DNA of 64,000 bases from Oikopleura dioica (lineage: Eukaryota; Animalia; Chordata), in assembly GCA_907165135.1 (NCBI GenBank), contig OU015567.1, positions 7,998,001 to 8,062,000 of the forward strand. The letters are read 5' to 3'. Below the pieces are notes generated by a model, which saw nothing but the letters and a program-made list of their open reading frames with translations, made no database searches and was not told where the DNA came from. This document shows positions 27,872 to 39,800 of this stretch, piece after piece (position 1 is the first letter of the stretch; the number at the start of each line of letters is the position of its first letter). The position numbers and the translations under genes are program-made.

Positions 27872-29324
27872 AATAGTAGATAGTTGCTGTTATGAGTGTC
27901 AATATTGATGAGGGAAAGAGAAATTAGTCATCAGTCTCTCCAATAATCGTAAAACAGGATTCACCGTCAGCTAGTGTTGCTGCCGGTGGCCGTTTTATCC
28001 GACAAAAGGAGATGTAAAATACATTTTCAGTGGTTTGTGCGGCTGTTAATAAAGAATGAGAGCGTAAAGAGAATCGATAATAACTAAAAAAGACAGTCTT
28101 TTTAAAAACAACAGAAAGAAAAAAAAAGAGACAACAAAGAAAGCCACTTATCGCATGATTCTGAAAGCCTATTCTGATTTTGAATAAACAAGAGAGGCTC
28201 TGAGCTGAATTTTGAAATGTCAAAAATCCGAATTGAAAGTTTCCCCTGTTCCGTTCTCTCTGGGAAAATCGCTTCGAGCCCGTTCTTGCGTCTTCCAAAG
28301 CGAAGAACACTAAGAAGAGGAAAAAACCAGGCGGGAATTCAAGCACGCGGGAAATCAAGCCATCTACGATCAAAGATTTCCTAGATCTCATCACGTGATC
28401 TCTTATTTATTCATTTTAACTATTGTATCTATTCTATTTTTGGTTTCTTATTTCTATTCTCACCTGTTCAAACGAAAAAATACCTTGGTTATACAAACTT
28501 AATTATTATCATCATTTTGTGGCTTCGTGGGTTCGATTCTGGCTTCTTTAAAAATTATTTATATTCGATTCATTCGTTAGAACGCCAGATTCATTTTCGA
28601 CCCACTTTCAAATTTAAAATTTGTTCACATTCAATTTCTGTATCGATCAATTCATTTTCGCCGACTGTATTTCTTTTTTTCTTGCTCAAGATAACAGTCA
28701 AATCCCTTTGTTAATGCAAGGGTTCTTTTCGCTGCTGCAATATTACAATTAGCGTCCTTTTTTTGGTGCCCGATTTTCGTGAAATTTTCAATATTTGTTA
28801 TCAATAATTCTAGCTATTGAATCATGAAAGAAATAAATTAATTAAACCTCAAAAATAGCAAATTTCAATAAAAACCTTTCTACGGGAAAATTGGTAATAA
28901 TACTTCTTATTTCAAAATGCGCAATCAAAATCATAACTTTATTGAGCAAAATTTTTGCAACCAAATATTTTTTATATTATTTAAAAGAAACTTTTTTAGG
29001 GGGCTAAAGTCTGGCCTTCTCGATTTCATTTTTTCTGTTACTACCTTACCGGTTGAATGCTACTTTACTCTTTTCTCAAACAACTTTTTAAAAACAAAAC
29101 GACTCGTCGACTAACTGTAATAACCTCTACTTTAGTTTAAAAGTAAAATGTTCTCGGGCTATCAATGGCTAGTGTGTTCATGCATTTTTCAGAGCAGCTT
29201 TGCTTATTCTACTATCCCACTCAGCTCGAGTCCGTTGTTCACTGAATGACTAAATATTGTTCTTGGTGAATCCGGTCTTTCCTAGTTCGCTTTTTAAAGT
29301 CTCATGTATCGCCTATTAGATAGT

Positions 29325-30051
29325 ATGGCCGACGAAAGCGTTCCAGTTCCAGAGACCGAGCCACTCAACCTCGAAGAGGACTTGAAAAAGCTCGAGGACG
29401 AAATCAACACCCTCAAGCAGGTGAAACCTCACTGAAATCAAGGAAGAGAACCGTGAATTTTAGGTCCTTTCATCGAAAGAGCAACAAGCTTCTGAGCTGA
29501 GGAAAAAGCTCGGAATCACGCCTCTTCAGCAGCTTCAAGCGAAGATGGACGCCTTTGGAAAGTCCGAAACGTATGTAAAGGCTCAAGAAATGTATGTTCA
29601 TCAGTTTTGCAAAACGATGATTTGAGGAAAAATTGAGAAAAAGTGAAACGGTCACTTTTTTCGATCCTTGATAAAGTTAAATTGGTGTAATGTCTGTAAT
29701 TACCTTGCATCTCATTGCATGAGTCAAGCAAAATTTGACAACTGGTATATGATATACCGTATATCTTTTCCCTTCAGAGTGCAGAAGACTTCAGCTAAAC
29801 TCAACGAAGTTGGCGATGTTACTGGCAAGGCCTTGACCGACTTTGGTCAATCGGTTTCCAGCAAATTCTCCGAAATGAAGTATCCAACGCTTGTTTTTTT
29901 CTCAGTCTCAAAAACTGCTTTATTCAGATCGTCTCCTTCCTTCCAGTCCTTTGAGCAGAAGGTTGGTGGCTTCTTCGGTCGCAGCTCTACCACCACGTCT
30001 CCGCCTGCTGCCACTCCAACTGAGCCAGCAAAGGAATTGTTTCAGCCATAA
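29325..30051 (+). CDS. TPD52: Tumor protein D52 family coiled-coil protein
   Basis: LKKLEDEINTLKQVLSSKEQQASELRKKLGITPLQQL and SSPSFQSFEQKVG are D52-family motifs. Four exons. Confidence 0.85.
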
Positions 30052-30588
30052 CTTCTTTCTTCACTCCATTCTTGAATAAATCACAATTGTACTTCAACAA
30101 ATCGCTCTATTTTAATTATTCAAGAATCTAAATCTATCATTTGCTGAAACCAGTGCCAAGCAAGACGCGCCACTCTAGCCATACTATATCTGCGGACCTG
30201 ACTACCGACAATTGACAGAAAAATCGCTTTCTACGACGAATCCTTCGTAAATTGTCCATTTTTAGAATCGACACATGTTCATCCCTTTCTTATTCATTCG
30301 CCAACTTGTTTTCCTTCATTTTTATTTGCATATTAGTGGCAATATAATTAAAATAACACACATCTGTAGTCTTCAGTGACCACCCAAATAAGACCCAAGA
30401 AATAAATCTATACAGTATATTTTATAGTTTACCTTTTTTGTTACAACTAATTCTATTAATTAGCCAACCCATCTTATTCAGTTTCCCATTTGCTTCATTC
30501 TTGATTTTGAAAAAGACCAACACAATTTTTCAAAAAGAAAATTGGTGAAAATAGATACCTGTCGTTCCCAAAGAACTATTGATTCAGA

Positions 30589-31558
30589 ATGCAAGCTGAG
30601 TTACTGGAAGAAGCTACCAGTAGCAGTGACAGAGGAAGCGCTAACCAGCAAAAGGCACTTATTTGTTGTATTCCTGGCGCGTTTTCACGGGCACTTGAAG
30701 GGCGACTTAGAGAATGTGAAGTGAAAATAGCGGGAGAGCAAGAAGTTATCGAGCATCTATCAAGGTAGCTTTCGCTCATGGAATTTCGTAGCTAACTTCT
30801 ACTCCAGTGAATGGTCGTGTTTGATGGAGTGCGAAAGAGATTCAGAGCTACGAGCTGAATTATTGAAAAACGCGTTCAATAGATTCGAGTCACTCAAGTA
30901 TACAGTGCTTTCTTCCGTTCCTGGAATCCACACACTCTCCGATTTTATCAGAAGTAATCAACGATTCAATTAACGACCTTCGTCTCCTATTTCCTTTTTT
31001 AAGAATACCCGGACTGCAAAGTTGTCTTCATCAAACAAAGCTTCAAGCTGCAAGACTTCTGTAGCACCTTCAGGAGGACGGACTGGTTCGAAACTAATTT
31101 CGGCATCCGAGGTCCTGAATTGCGATCGTTTTACTGGATCATTTTGCCGCTCTTTATGCAGAGTTTCTTCAATATTGATCCACCGCGCAATCTTTTCAAC
31201 AGTCCTGCCAAGGGATCAGATTGTAATTCTACTTCAGGGAAAGTAATTGATCATTTTCCTGATCCTCTACAAAGCTGCCACACTCTATCAAATAAACCGC
31301 CATGAACTAATCGAGGCCGCGGCCGGATCACAAGATGCCATAGAAGTCTTTCTCAGCCATAAAGTGAATCCACAGAATCTTATGAAACTATCACTCGATG
31401 ACGATATTGATGATGCGGTTCGGTTTTTAGGAGGAAAGATTAACCCTGTTGGGCATCAGGATTACGACAAGGCCTTTACGTCAGAGTACTGGAATCGAAT
31501 GAAGATTAGAGACACCTTGCTCGTCATAGGAAAAGTTCGCCACCAGCTAAAAGCTTAA
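30589..31558 (+). CDS. Hypothetical multi-exon protein; internal exon structure only partly resolved
   Basis: ATG preceded by tcag-a, open exons joined by GT-AG introns, and a last exon ending ...VIGKVRHQLKA*. No family recognised. Confidence 0.5.
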
Positions 31559-31977
31559 ATAAAGCCTCTAATCCGAACTTTCCAAAGCTAAATGCTGCGT
31601 TGCCATCCTTATCGTCGCTCTTCTTGCGGAGATTCTTCTACTGTAATTAAGATTAATACGTTTCTTTCTAGTCGTAGTTTTGGACAGTTCTTCAAAAAAC
31701 AAAAACATATCCCTATTTCTTTGCCACAGAAAAATGCCTCCATTCATCAATCATGACTTTCTTCAAACCAAATCCAGTCCTTTCCAGTTACAATTGTAAA
31801 TCAATGCGATTTCTTACGAAAATACGAGCCTTTCTTACTTGATTTTTTTAATAAATCAATTATATATTCAATTCAGATTTCGTAATTTATTTTATCGAGT
31901 AAATTACGTCCCGTCTTAAATATTTTCTGCAGTTTTTTTTTAATGAAGCAGCTTGGATTTCAGAAGGCATTTCCGAA

Positions 31978-32834
31978 ATGCGCCGTGCTTCGAATTTTTT
32001 CAAATCGTACCATCTTTATGAAAATCGTTTTCCCGAGAAAAATAGCAAAGAGCTTGCAAAGAAAACTCTTCATCACATGAAGCTGGCGGAGTATTCTGAA
32101 ATCAAGCCGGTTGAAATCCCCTTCAAGCCTGATGGCAGATTCGGTTGGAACTTTGGCGAGTTCAAAGACAATCCAAATAACCCCTGGAAAGAAAGCTTGC
32201 ACAATTTTTATAACTCGAAAGAAGGTTGGGCAATATCTGAAGGGGATCATGTTTGTTTTATTTCTGGAAGATTGGTGGAGACGTTTCTAAGTGAGCAAGC
32301 CTTTGCGATTGTCTATATGGGTAAATTAATGTCCGTAAATAATATTCCTTATCTTAATAAGGTTCGAATTTCTCCCGATATTTATCATTACCATCGAAAG
32401 AAGATGCAGAGCAGAATGCAAAATACGCGACTTTGTACGCTTTAGATTTGGCACTGAAAGTTGCAATCGCGGAAAAATGGAATTCTATTCAAGTTCGAAC
32501 AGATAACCTGGCCGTTGCTAATTTGTTCACATATTCGCTCCCCAAAGTCCAAGAAGCAGAAGAAGCAGATGAAATAGAATTATCTAACAGCGAGTCTGCA
32601 AACAACCCAAAACGCAAACAACTGCTAGATGGGATACTCAAGCACCGAGCAAATATCTCCTTCAACGTGGCATATATAGACCCCAGAACGCGCATTTCGA
32701 AGCAGAAGAAGCGCAACGTTGACGAGGGCATTGTCAAGCTCAATCGTCTCGCGGCCGAAGCTCAGAGAAAACTCGTCGAAAGTGAAAATCTATATCTTTC
32801 TAAATTTCAGCTAGAACGAGAGCCTAACAATTAA
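31978..32834 (+). CDS. RNase H-fold-like protein with degenerate active site
   Basis: Two exons. AFAIVYMGS...AKYATLYALDLALKVAIAEKWNSIQVRTDNLAV...KLNRLAAEA follows the RNase H1 pattern GIGVYWG...RAEIHA...LYTDS...ADRLA. Confidence 0.55.
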
Positions 32835-32942
32835 AATCAAGGTCTTCAGAGTCTTCAGGAAAGGGGACTTCTCGAATGAATATTTCTGATCGTTTTTTAT
32901 TGATAGGAAGAGAATAATCCTCCAAAGATAGAAAGTTGTAGA

Positions 32943-34658
32943 ATGTTGAAAAGAGCCGCCTCGATTCAAAAAGTTGTTAGACTATCGTCTGGACTCACTC
33001 CGCAGTATACTGCCGAAAAGTACTCCGTTCAACGCGGCGACTATGGAAAACTCAGCTCCGATGATCAGAACTATCTCCTCTCCCTCGTAAACGGAAAAGG
33101 CAAGTCGTAACACGATTTGTGAAACAACAACTTCGAACAAATTGAAGGTCTCGTCGGTGAAAAAGAGCTAGAAGGCTACAACGTCGACTGGATGCGAATC
33201 GTTCGTGGGAAAAGCGAGCTGATGTTGAAGCCAGAAACAACGCAACAAGTCTCCTCTATCCTAAAATTCTGCCACTCAAGAAACATCGCAGTCGTTCCTC
33301 AAGGTGGAAACACCGGTCTCGTCGGCGGCTCTGTTCCTGTCTTCGATGAAGTCATCCTGAACACGTCATTGATGAACAAAGTCGAGGAAATTGACCCCGT
33401 CTCTGGCGTTGTCGTTGCACAAGCAGGATGCATCCTCGACCAGCTAAATGCGGAATTGGCCCCGCACAAGCTCATGATGCCGCTGGATCTCGGCGCAAAG
33501 GGAAGTTGCCAGCTTGGAGGAAATATTGCTACGAATGCGGGTGGATTAAGACTTTTGAGATATGGAAGTTTGCGCGGGAATGTTCTTGGAATGGAGGTAA
33601 AGTGAAAAGTTAGCGATATAATTTCTTATACGACTCTAGGCAGTGTTAGCTGATGGAACAGTTGTCGATTGCATGCAAACTCTGCGAAAAGACAACACTG
33701 GTTACGATATCAAACAACACTTCATCGGCTCCGAAGGAACCCTTGGAATCATCACAAAAGCATCAGTTCTATGCGCTCCTCTTCCATCTTCCGTGAACCT
33801 GGCCTACCTATCCGTCAATGCATTCGAGGATGTTCGAAAGTTATTTTCCCGTGCTCGAGAAGATCTTGGCGAAATTCTCTCTGCCTTTGAATTCATCGAC
33901 AATTCCTGCCTCGTCTGCCTTGAAGACAATTTGAAGTTAACGCCTCCTGTTGACCCAAGTCCCTTCGCAGTCGTTATTGAAACTCATGGCTCGAACTCGT
34001 CTCACGATTATGATAAACTTGAAGCTTTTCTCGAAAGCGTCATGTCAGATGGAACAGTTTTAGATGGCTGTGTAGCCGAAGATTCCATGAAAGCTACAAA
34101 TCTGTGGGGCCTGAGGGAGAGAATGGCAGAATCTCTCATGCATGATGGCTATGTCTACAAGGTAAATTGATTATTGAGAGCCGAAAGATAGTTAAATTCT
34201 CATCTAGTACGATGTTTCTATCCCTCTTCAAAAGTTCTATGAGCTTGTTACAGTAATGCGTGAACGTCTCGGAGAAAAAGTATTGAGATGCGTTGGATAT
34301 GGTCATGTTGGAGATTCAAATCTTCATATTGTGAGCATTTTTATTTAGAGAGACAGGGTTATGAATATCTTTAGAATATAACTACGCCAGCGTATTCAAA
34401 AGAAGTTGACCAGCTTATTGAACCGTTTATCTTTGAATGGGTGAGGTACGTCTAGTGATGCCATGTTATCCGAAATAAATTGACCCTTTTAGCCAAGTTA
34501 ATGGATCGGTATCCGCTGAGCATGGAATCGGATTCAAGAAAACGCAGTTCCTTCACCTCTCAAAGTCGCCAGAAGCCATCGCACAAATGAAACTCCTGAA
34601 AAATGCAATGGATCCCAAAAATATTCTCAATCCCTACAAAGTTCTTCCACTTATTTGA
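32943..34658 (+). CDS. D2HGDH: D-2-hydroxyglutarate dehydrogenase, mitochondrial
   Basis: FAD-binding [90 protein letters not shown] and [14 protein letters not shown]. First intron is GC-AG. Confidence 0.95.
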
Positions 34659-34756
34659 AATAAAAGAGCAAGAAAATTAGAGAAACATGAAGACAAAGAA
34701 CAAATCGTTCTTTGCCTTACCAAGACTCATCGTTTGTAGATCAATTTATTCCAATT

Positions 34757-35131
34757 TTAATGCCCAAATGACTTCGGAGCTCTCATTTTCAAAAGGGCAG
34801 ATTCAGCCATATCCGCGCGCTCTTCAACAGCATCAAGCTCGTGCTGCAATTGACGATACTTATTCATATATTGGTTTGCTGCTTCTTCTTGCTCTTGTGC
34901 AACCTTTTGATACTTCTTTGCTTGTGACTGGAGCCTCTGAGCTTGTTCTAAGAGCCGTGCGATTTGTTCTTTTTCGTCAGAGGAGATAAGCTTAGTTTCT
35001 TTGAGCTTCCGTTCCATCCTTCTCGCTGATTTTTGTGAGTCCGCATTTCTCCGACGCTCATCCTCAAGATCACATTCAAGCTCACGCAGTCGTGCCTCGA
35101 GCTCCTTCGCCTTTTTTCTGTCGGGATTCAT
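34757..35131 (-). CDS. Stand-alone 124-aa mini-protein homologous to the C-terminal tip of the sarcomeric myosin rod
   Basis: Intronless ORF aligning without gaps to the last ~120 aa of the myosin at 36804-42699. In-frame TGA three codons upstream of the ATG; AATAAA on the minus strand at 34745-34750 just after the stop. Confidence 0.8.
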   Translation of the reverse strand: MNPDRKKAKELEARLRELECDLEDERRRNADSQKSARRMERKLKETKLISSDEKEQIARLLEQAQRLQSQAKKYQKVAQEQEEAANQYMNKYRQLQHELDAVEERADMAESALLKMRAPKSFGH

Positions 35132-35644
35132 CAGTTTTCAAGAAACTTTCCTCTGTTATTCTTACTAAAGGTGCTAAACCATCAATGAACTTTGGGAACA
35201 GCTTATGTAACACCTACTAAACTAGTCGTTCCCGATCATACGTTGCCAAAAAGAAACCTCGAAAGCTGAACTCAAAAACAGGCCACTAAACACTTCATCA
35301 TTTTCGGTCATATATTTCGCAGGATTTCCTGCAATTCACACCTTCCTTTTCTGGTGAATATTTTCAAGAACCATACCGCTTTTGCAAAGTCTCCAGCAAT
35401 AAAATAAACACCCGGCCAGGAAACACCCAGTGTTATTTTACTTTCTAAATCAAGGAAAAGTTATGTTGTTGTCTATTGCTCATCGCACATACAGTATCCG
35501 CACTATTTTGGCAAGAAATACAAGTTATCAAATAATAGGCTGTATTTTAATACTCAGTATTTATGCATTCTAGATAAGCATTCTTGTTGTTTTTTCGATT
35601 AATCCTGCCTTTACAGTTTCAATTTACGAAGGAGCCCTTTGGCC

Positions 35645-36415
35645 ATGAAAAGACATGGCCAAGAGAAAGAAAAGTCGAGCTGTTTCAACTTTTGCTTTGG
35701 AGTAAAAGAGCCCATCTCCCGAATCTCGATAAAAGTCAAAGCAAAAGTTAAAGGAGCCAGCAGGAGAGTCACTTCTTTTCGACATAAAAGACAGAGAGTT
35801 AACTCTATCAGTGAAAAACCCGACTTAGAATTAGCATCAGTTCGATCAGGTTCAAAACATTTGCACAAATGAAAGACCATCAGTTTTTTAGGCTATGAGT
35901 TGTACCAGCAGGGCGACGCAGTTCGACAGGCGAAAGCAGTCAAATACCTCAAGCAGCAAAAGCCCAAGCTTTTCGAAGAAAAGGAGAACAACGAGCCAAG
36001 CGATCTACACGAAAGTTATCTTCAACATACCGACTTGAAAAGGAGAATGAGCGCGGCGAGCATGCGTTCAAGAAATTCGCAACTTTCCAACGTTTCTTCA
36101 AGATCTCAGACTCACATTGAGAAACCGGTGAATCTTTTCCAGGAGATTTTGAATATCAGAGATGAAACAGAAGCCAAAAGGAGACGGTCTGTCAATATAT
36201 TATCAGTTTTTTAGAAGCATCGAATACATCTTCTTTTCAAAAATATCAGCCCATTGACAAGATTGAGTCTTTCTAAGGACATACGAAAAAAATCTGCAGT
36301 AAGCCTCAATAGCTTCAGATCTTCTAGCAATCACAATCTGGCACCCAGCGCATTGGAAATACGAAAATCAAACCTGAGCCTCTCTCCCAGCTCATGTCAC
36401 AATCTCGCTCCTTGA
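35645..36415 (+). CDS. Hypothetical basic/Ser-rich protein
   Basis: Three open exons joinable by GT-AG introns; no recognisable domain. Confidence 0.45.
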
Positions 36416-36647
36416 TGTCACATCATGTGATACCCTTATAATATTCTGTACACATGAACACATGAAAAATAAATGAAGCTCTTATATCAGTAAATGATAT
36501 CACAGCACTTTTGATTTATCTATTGGAGAGTGGTCAAGTTGTCGATTGAATACAGTACTCAAAGTTCATCTGCCCACTTTTGGAAAATCGACAAAAATAG
36601 GTGATTAGGTGATGACAAAATGTGTCAAGAATCTCCTCCACTGGGTG

Positions 36648-36801
36648 CATTTAAACTCAAGTCGCACGGCTGCCACTTCAGTTCTGCAAGCACCAGACAA
36701 CTCTTAGGTAAGGTGTTGAAAGTAAAGTCTTGCTAGTGATAGATTACATTTAAAATATTGTGTGAGATAACTTATAGAAAAAATGTAACAATAGATTCTA
36801 G
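36648..36801 (+). promoter_or_regulatory. Probable myosin core promoter, short non-coding first exon and 5' UTR intron
   Basis: TATA-like catttaaa at 36648-36655, strong donor ag|gtaag at 36708, and acceptor ttctag ending at 36801, two bases before the ATG. Confidence 0.55.
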
Positions 36802-36803
36802 TC

Positions 36804-39800
36804 ATGGCGCTTTGGGATCCCGAGGCTGCCGGCAATGCCGCCGTTTATCTTCGACTCGACAACATGAAGTTGATCGATATCCGAAACGCTCCATTCGAGG
36901 GTAAAACCGCCGTTTGGGTCCCTTATTCCGAAACCGGTTACACTAAGGTAGGCTCATCTTTTAGAACCATTTATAAACTCGTTTTTAAGGGTAAAAAGCT
37001 TGGCGAAAAGGACGGCAAGATCGAGGTTGAGCGACTTGTCGATGGAAAAGTCAAGCAGTACAAGCCCGATCAGGTTGAGCCCCAGAACCCTCCAAAGTAC
37101 GAACTTTTGGAGGATATGGCTAACATGACATACCTGTCTGAGGCTTCTGTTGTCCATAACTTGAACAGCCGATACACTCTCTTCCTTATCTACACCTACT
37201 CCGGTAACGTTATTCAAAGAGATACTCTTCGTTGATTTTTATCTCCAAGGTCTTTTCTGTGTCACCGTCAACCCCTACAAGTGGCTCCCCGTGTACGATA
37301 ACCACGTCGTCCTCTGCTACTACAACAAGCGTCGAACTGAAATGCCTCCCCACGTTTATTCTGTCGCTGATAATGCGTACCAAGATATGCTTCGAAACTC
37401 CGAGAACCAGTCTATGCTTATTACTGGTGAGTCCGGAGCTGGTAAAACCGTCAACACGAAGCGAGTCATCCAGTTCTTTGCTGTCGTCTGTGCTCTCGGC
37501 GACAAGACTTCTTCTAAGAAGGATGATGCTCCCTCTCTCAAGGGTGGCGGAACCCTTGAAGATCAGATCGTCGCTGCTAATCCTGCTATGGAGGCCTTCG
37601 GTAACGCCAAAACCATCCGTAACGATAACTCCTCCCGATTCGGTAAATTCATCCGAATTCACTTCCAGGTCACTGGTAAACTCGCCTCCGGTGATATCGA
37701 TACCTACCTTTTGGAGAAATCTCGAGTCACCTTCCAGCTCAAGGCCGAACGATGCTTCCATATTTTCTACCAGATGCTTACTGGCCACAAGCCCGACATC
37801 AACGAAATGTGTATGATCTCTACCGATCCCTACGAGTACAAATGGTGCTCTCTTGGTGAAGTCAAGGTCAAGTCTATCGATGATAACGAAGAACTCGACG
37901 CCACCGACGAGTCTTTTGATATTCTTGGCTTCACTGCTGAGGAGAAGGCTGGTATCTACAAGATCTCTGCTTCTTTGATGCACTCCGGTAACGCGTTGTT
38001 CAAGGAAAAGCCCCGAGAAGAACAGGCCGAGCCCGATGGATCCGAAGCTGCTGATAAGATTGCTTATCTTTTGGGTATCAACTCCCAAGAGTGGCAGAAG
38101 GCTGTCTGCACCCCGAAAGTCAAGGTCGGCACCGAATGGGTTGTCAAGGGTCAGACTGTCGCCCAAGTCTACTACGCTATTGGTGCCATTACCAAGGCCA
38201 CCTACAAGCGACTTTTCGAATGGCTCGTCGATGTTGTCAATCGAGCCCTTTCAACTGATCTTCCTCGAAACAACTTCATTGGTATCCTCGATATCGCTGG
38301 TTTCGAAATTTTCGAATTCAACACCTTCGAGCAGCTTTGCATCAACTACACCAACGAACGACTTCAGCAGTTCTTCAATCACCACATGTTCATCCTCGAA
38401 CAGGAAGAATACAAGCGAGAAGGTATCGACTGGGAGTTTATTGATTTCGGTATGGATCTCCAGGCAACTATCGAACTTATTGAGAAGCCTCTCGGTATTA
38501 TGTCCCTCCTTGAAGAAGAGTGCATTGTTCCCAAGGCTACTGATATGACTTACCGAGACAAGCTCTTCCAGCAGCATTTGGGTAAATCCGCCTCCATTGG
38601 TAAGGTCAAGAAGCAGGGCAAGTTTGAAGCTCACTTCGAAATCTACCACTATGCCGGTACAGTCGCATACAACGTTATTGATTGGCTCTTGAAGAACAAG
38701 GATCCTCTCAACGGCTCCCTTGTCACCCTTTTCAAGAACGCGTCCGTTCCTGTCTTCAAGAAGATTTGGGAAACCTACGTTTCTGCTGATGACGCGCCAA
38801 AAGGTGGCGGAAAGAAGGGCGGTAAACGACAGAAGGGTGGTTCCTTCCAGACTGTCTCTGCCCTTCACAGAGAGTCCCTTCTCCGATTGATGACCAATCT
38901 CCACGCCACTCAGCCTCATTTCGTCAGATGTATCATTCCTAATGAACAGAAACGACCCGGTTACATGGATAACAACCTTGTCCTCCATCAGCTTCGATGT
39001 AACGGTGTCTTGGAAGGTATTCGTATTTGTCGAAAGGGTTTCCCATCTCGAGTCGAGTACGGCGACTGGAAGCAGAGATACGCTATCCTCAACCCCAATG
39101 CTGTTCCAAAATCTGGCTTTATTGACCCCAAAAAGGCTTGTGAAAAGATTCTTGCCACTCTTCCATTCGATTCCGCTGTCTACCGATTCGGTCACACCAA
39201 GCTTTTCTTCAAGGCTGGTATTATTGGTGCTTTGGAAGATCTTCGAGATGACAAGATTGCTGAAATTCTCACCAAGCTCCAGACTCGAATGCGATTCAAT
39301 CTTTCTCGAGCTGCTTTCTTGAAAACTATCAAGGAACGAGATGGCGCTGTTGTCATCCAGTCCAACTGGAGAGCATACATCACCTTGAAGGATTGGGAAT
39401 GGCAGAAGCTCCTTTTCAAGATCCGACCACTCCTCAACACTGCTGAAAAGAAGGCTGAGTTCGACGAACTCCTCAAGGAATACGAAGAGATGAAGAAGGA
39501 ACTCGAAGTTGAGACCAAGCGACGAAAGCAACTTGAACAAGAGTACTCCAAGTTTATCCAGCTCAAGAACAAACTCATCTCCGAGTTTGCCGGTGAAACT
39601 GACGCTCTCCAGGATGCTGAGGACCGAGCTGAGTCTCTTATGAAGTCCAAGATCGATCTCGATGGAAAGATCAAGGAACTCAACGAGCGACTTGAAGACG
39701 AAGAGGAAATCAATGTCGACCTTCAGAACAAGCGACGAAAGCTTGAGACTGAGTGCAAGGAACTCCGAAAGGACATTGATGACCTTGAAGGAACACTTTC

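Noticed and set aside
28515-28545. GGTTCGATTC resembling a tRNA T-loop
   Set aside because: No D-arm, anticodon arm or acceptor stem can be built around it.
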